Shown here: one piece after another, positions 63,636 through 64,000 of the stretch | How positions within the stretch are numbered: position 1 is the stretch's first letter | Layout: the number at the start of each line of letters is the position of its first letter | NCBI GenBank assembly: GCA_030141605.1 | Contig: JAQGDQ010000560.1 | Span: forward strand, 62,001 to 126,000 | Source: Tubiluchus corallicola | Lineage: Eukaryota; Animalia; Priapulida | Direction of reading: 5' to 3' | Length of the DNA: 64,000 bases | Translations under genes and position numbers: made by a program | Notes under the pieces: generated by a model | What the model was told of the DNA's origin: nothing | Databases searched by the model: none | The model's input: the letters and a program-made list of their open reading frames with translations, nothing else

Positions 63636-63749
63636 CTCCATGTTGCTGAATGAGTCCAGGCATAGATGAGCGATAAACAGTACCGCGTGTGAACTGTCCT
63701 TCCTCTCCCTCTAGCCAAGGTTTCGGGTGATTGGCTAACCTCGATGGAG
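63636..63749 (-). CDS. ABLIM: ABLIM-like exon (PSRLANHPKPWLEG...YRSSMPG); gene continues beyond the window
   Basis: ttttttcag / gtaagt, 114 nt open, phase 1-1. Confidence 0.82.
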
Positions 63750-64000
63750 CTGAAAAAAGAAGATGTTACGTCATACTCCTTGCCAGAAAGCCTGCATGCA
63801 TCTAAAAAGTTAGTAGAGAACTCTTTGCTGTTCTTTGCATATGATTTTGTCTACTTAATCTCGATGCTTGTGGTGTGACCAGAACCTAGCTCTCTTCCAA
63901 GGTAAGACAACGATGTGTCTTAGCCACAATTGGATGCGTGTAAATCCTTCCTCAATGAGCTTAACCTCCGACAATGATAGGCAGTATTGGCATTCATAGA

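Noticed and set aside
63628-63640. ATACTTACCT resembling the U1 snRNA 5' end
   Set aside because: It is the reverse complement of the ABLIM-like exon donor (AG|GTAAGTAT); no U1 body follows

Overview
AT-rich, repeat-dense animal (invertebrate-like) genomic DNA with GT-AG introns. It is not prokaryotic, and most ORF-track entries are spurious. Manual splicing recovers three genes. (1) A complete 13-exon rhotekin gene (RTKN; HR1 + anillin-homology + PH domains, C-terminal ETVV) on the minus strand, 24161->9960, 534 aa. (2) A 12-coding-exon FBXO41-like gene (coiled coil + F-box + LRR-like) on the plus strand, 24680->46231, 743 aa, head-to-head with RTKN. (3) The last six exons of an ABLIM-like villin-headpiece gene on the minus strand, 63749->58467. 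Introns and intergenic DNA hold many non-autonomous DNA transposons (pogo/Tc1-like, hAT-like, Kolobok-like, Helitron-like), LINE and SINE remnants, and more than 10 minisatellites. Most notable: a 2.35-kb, 38-bp array whose first unit is the FBXO41 last codons, stop and AATAAA; two large FBXO41 intronic arrays with a branch-point/STAR-protein motif (ACTAAY) in nearly every unit; a minisatellite resembling the 5S rRNA internal control region; and inverted TE copies bracketing an in-frame F-box exon block. Gene names come from remembered similarity to known proteins, not database searches. TE superfamily calls rest on termini and TSDs only.
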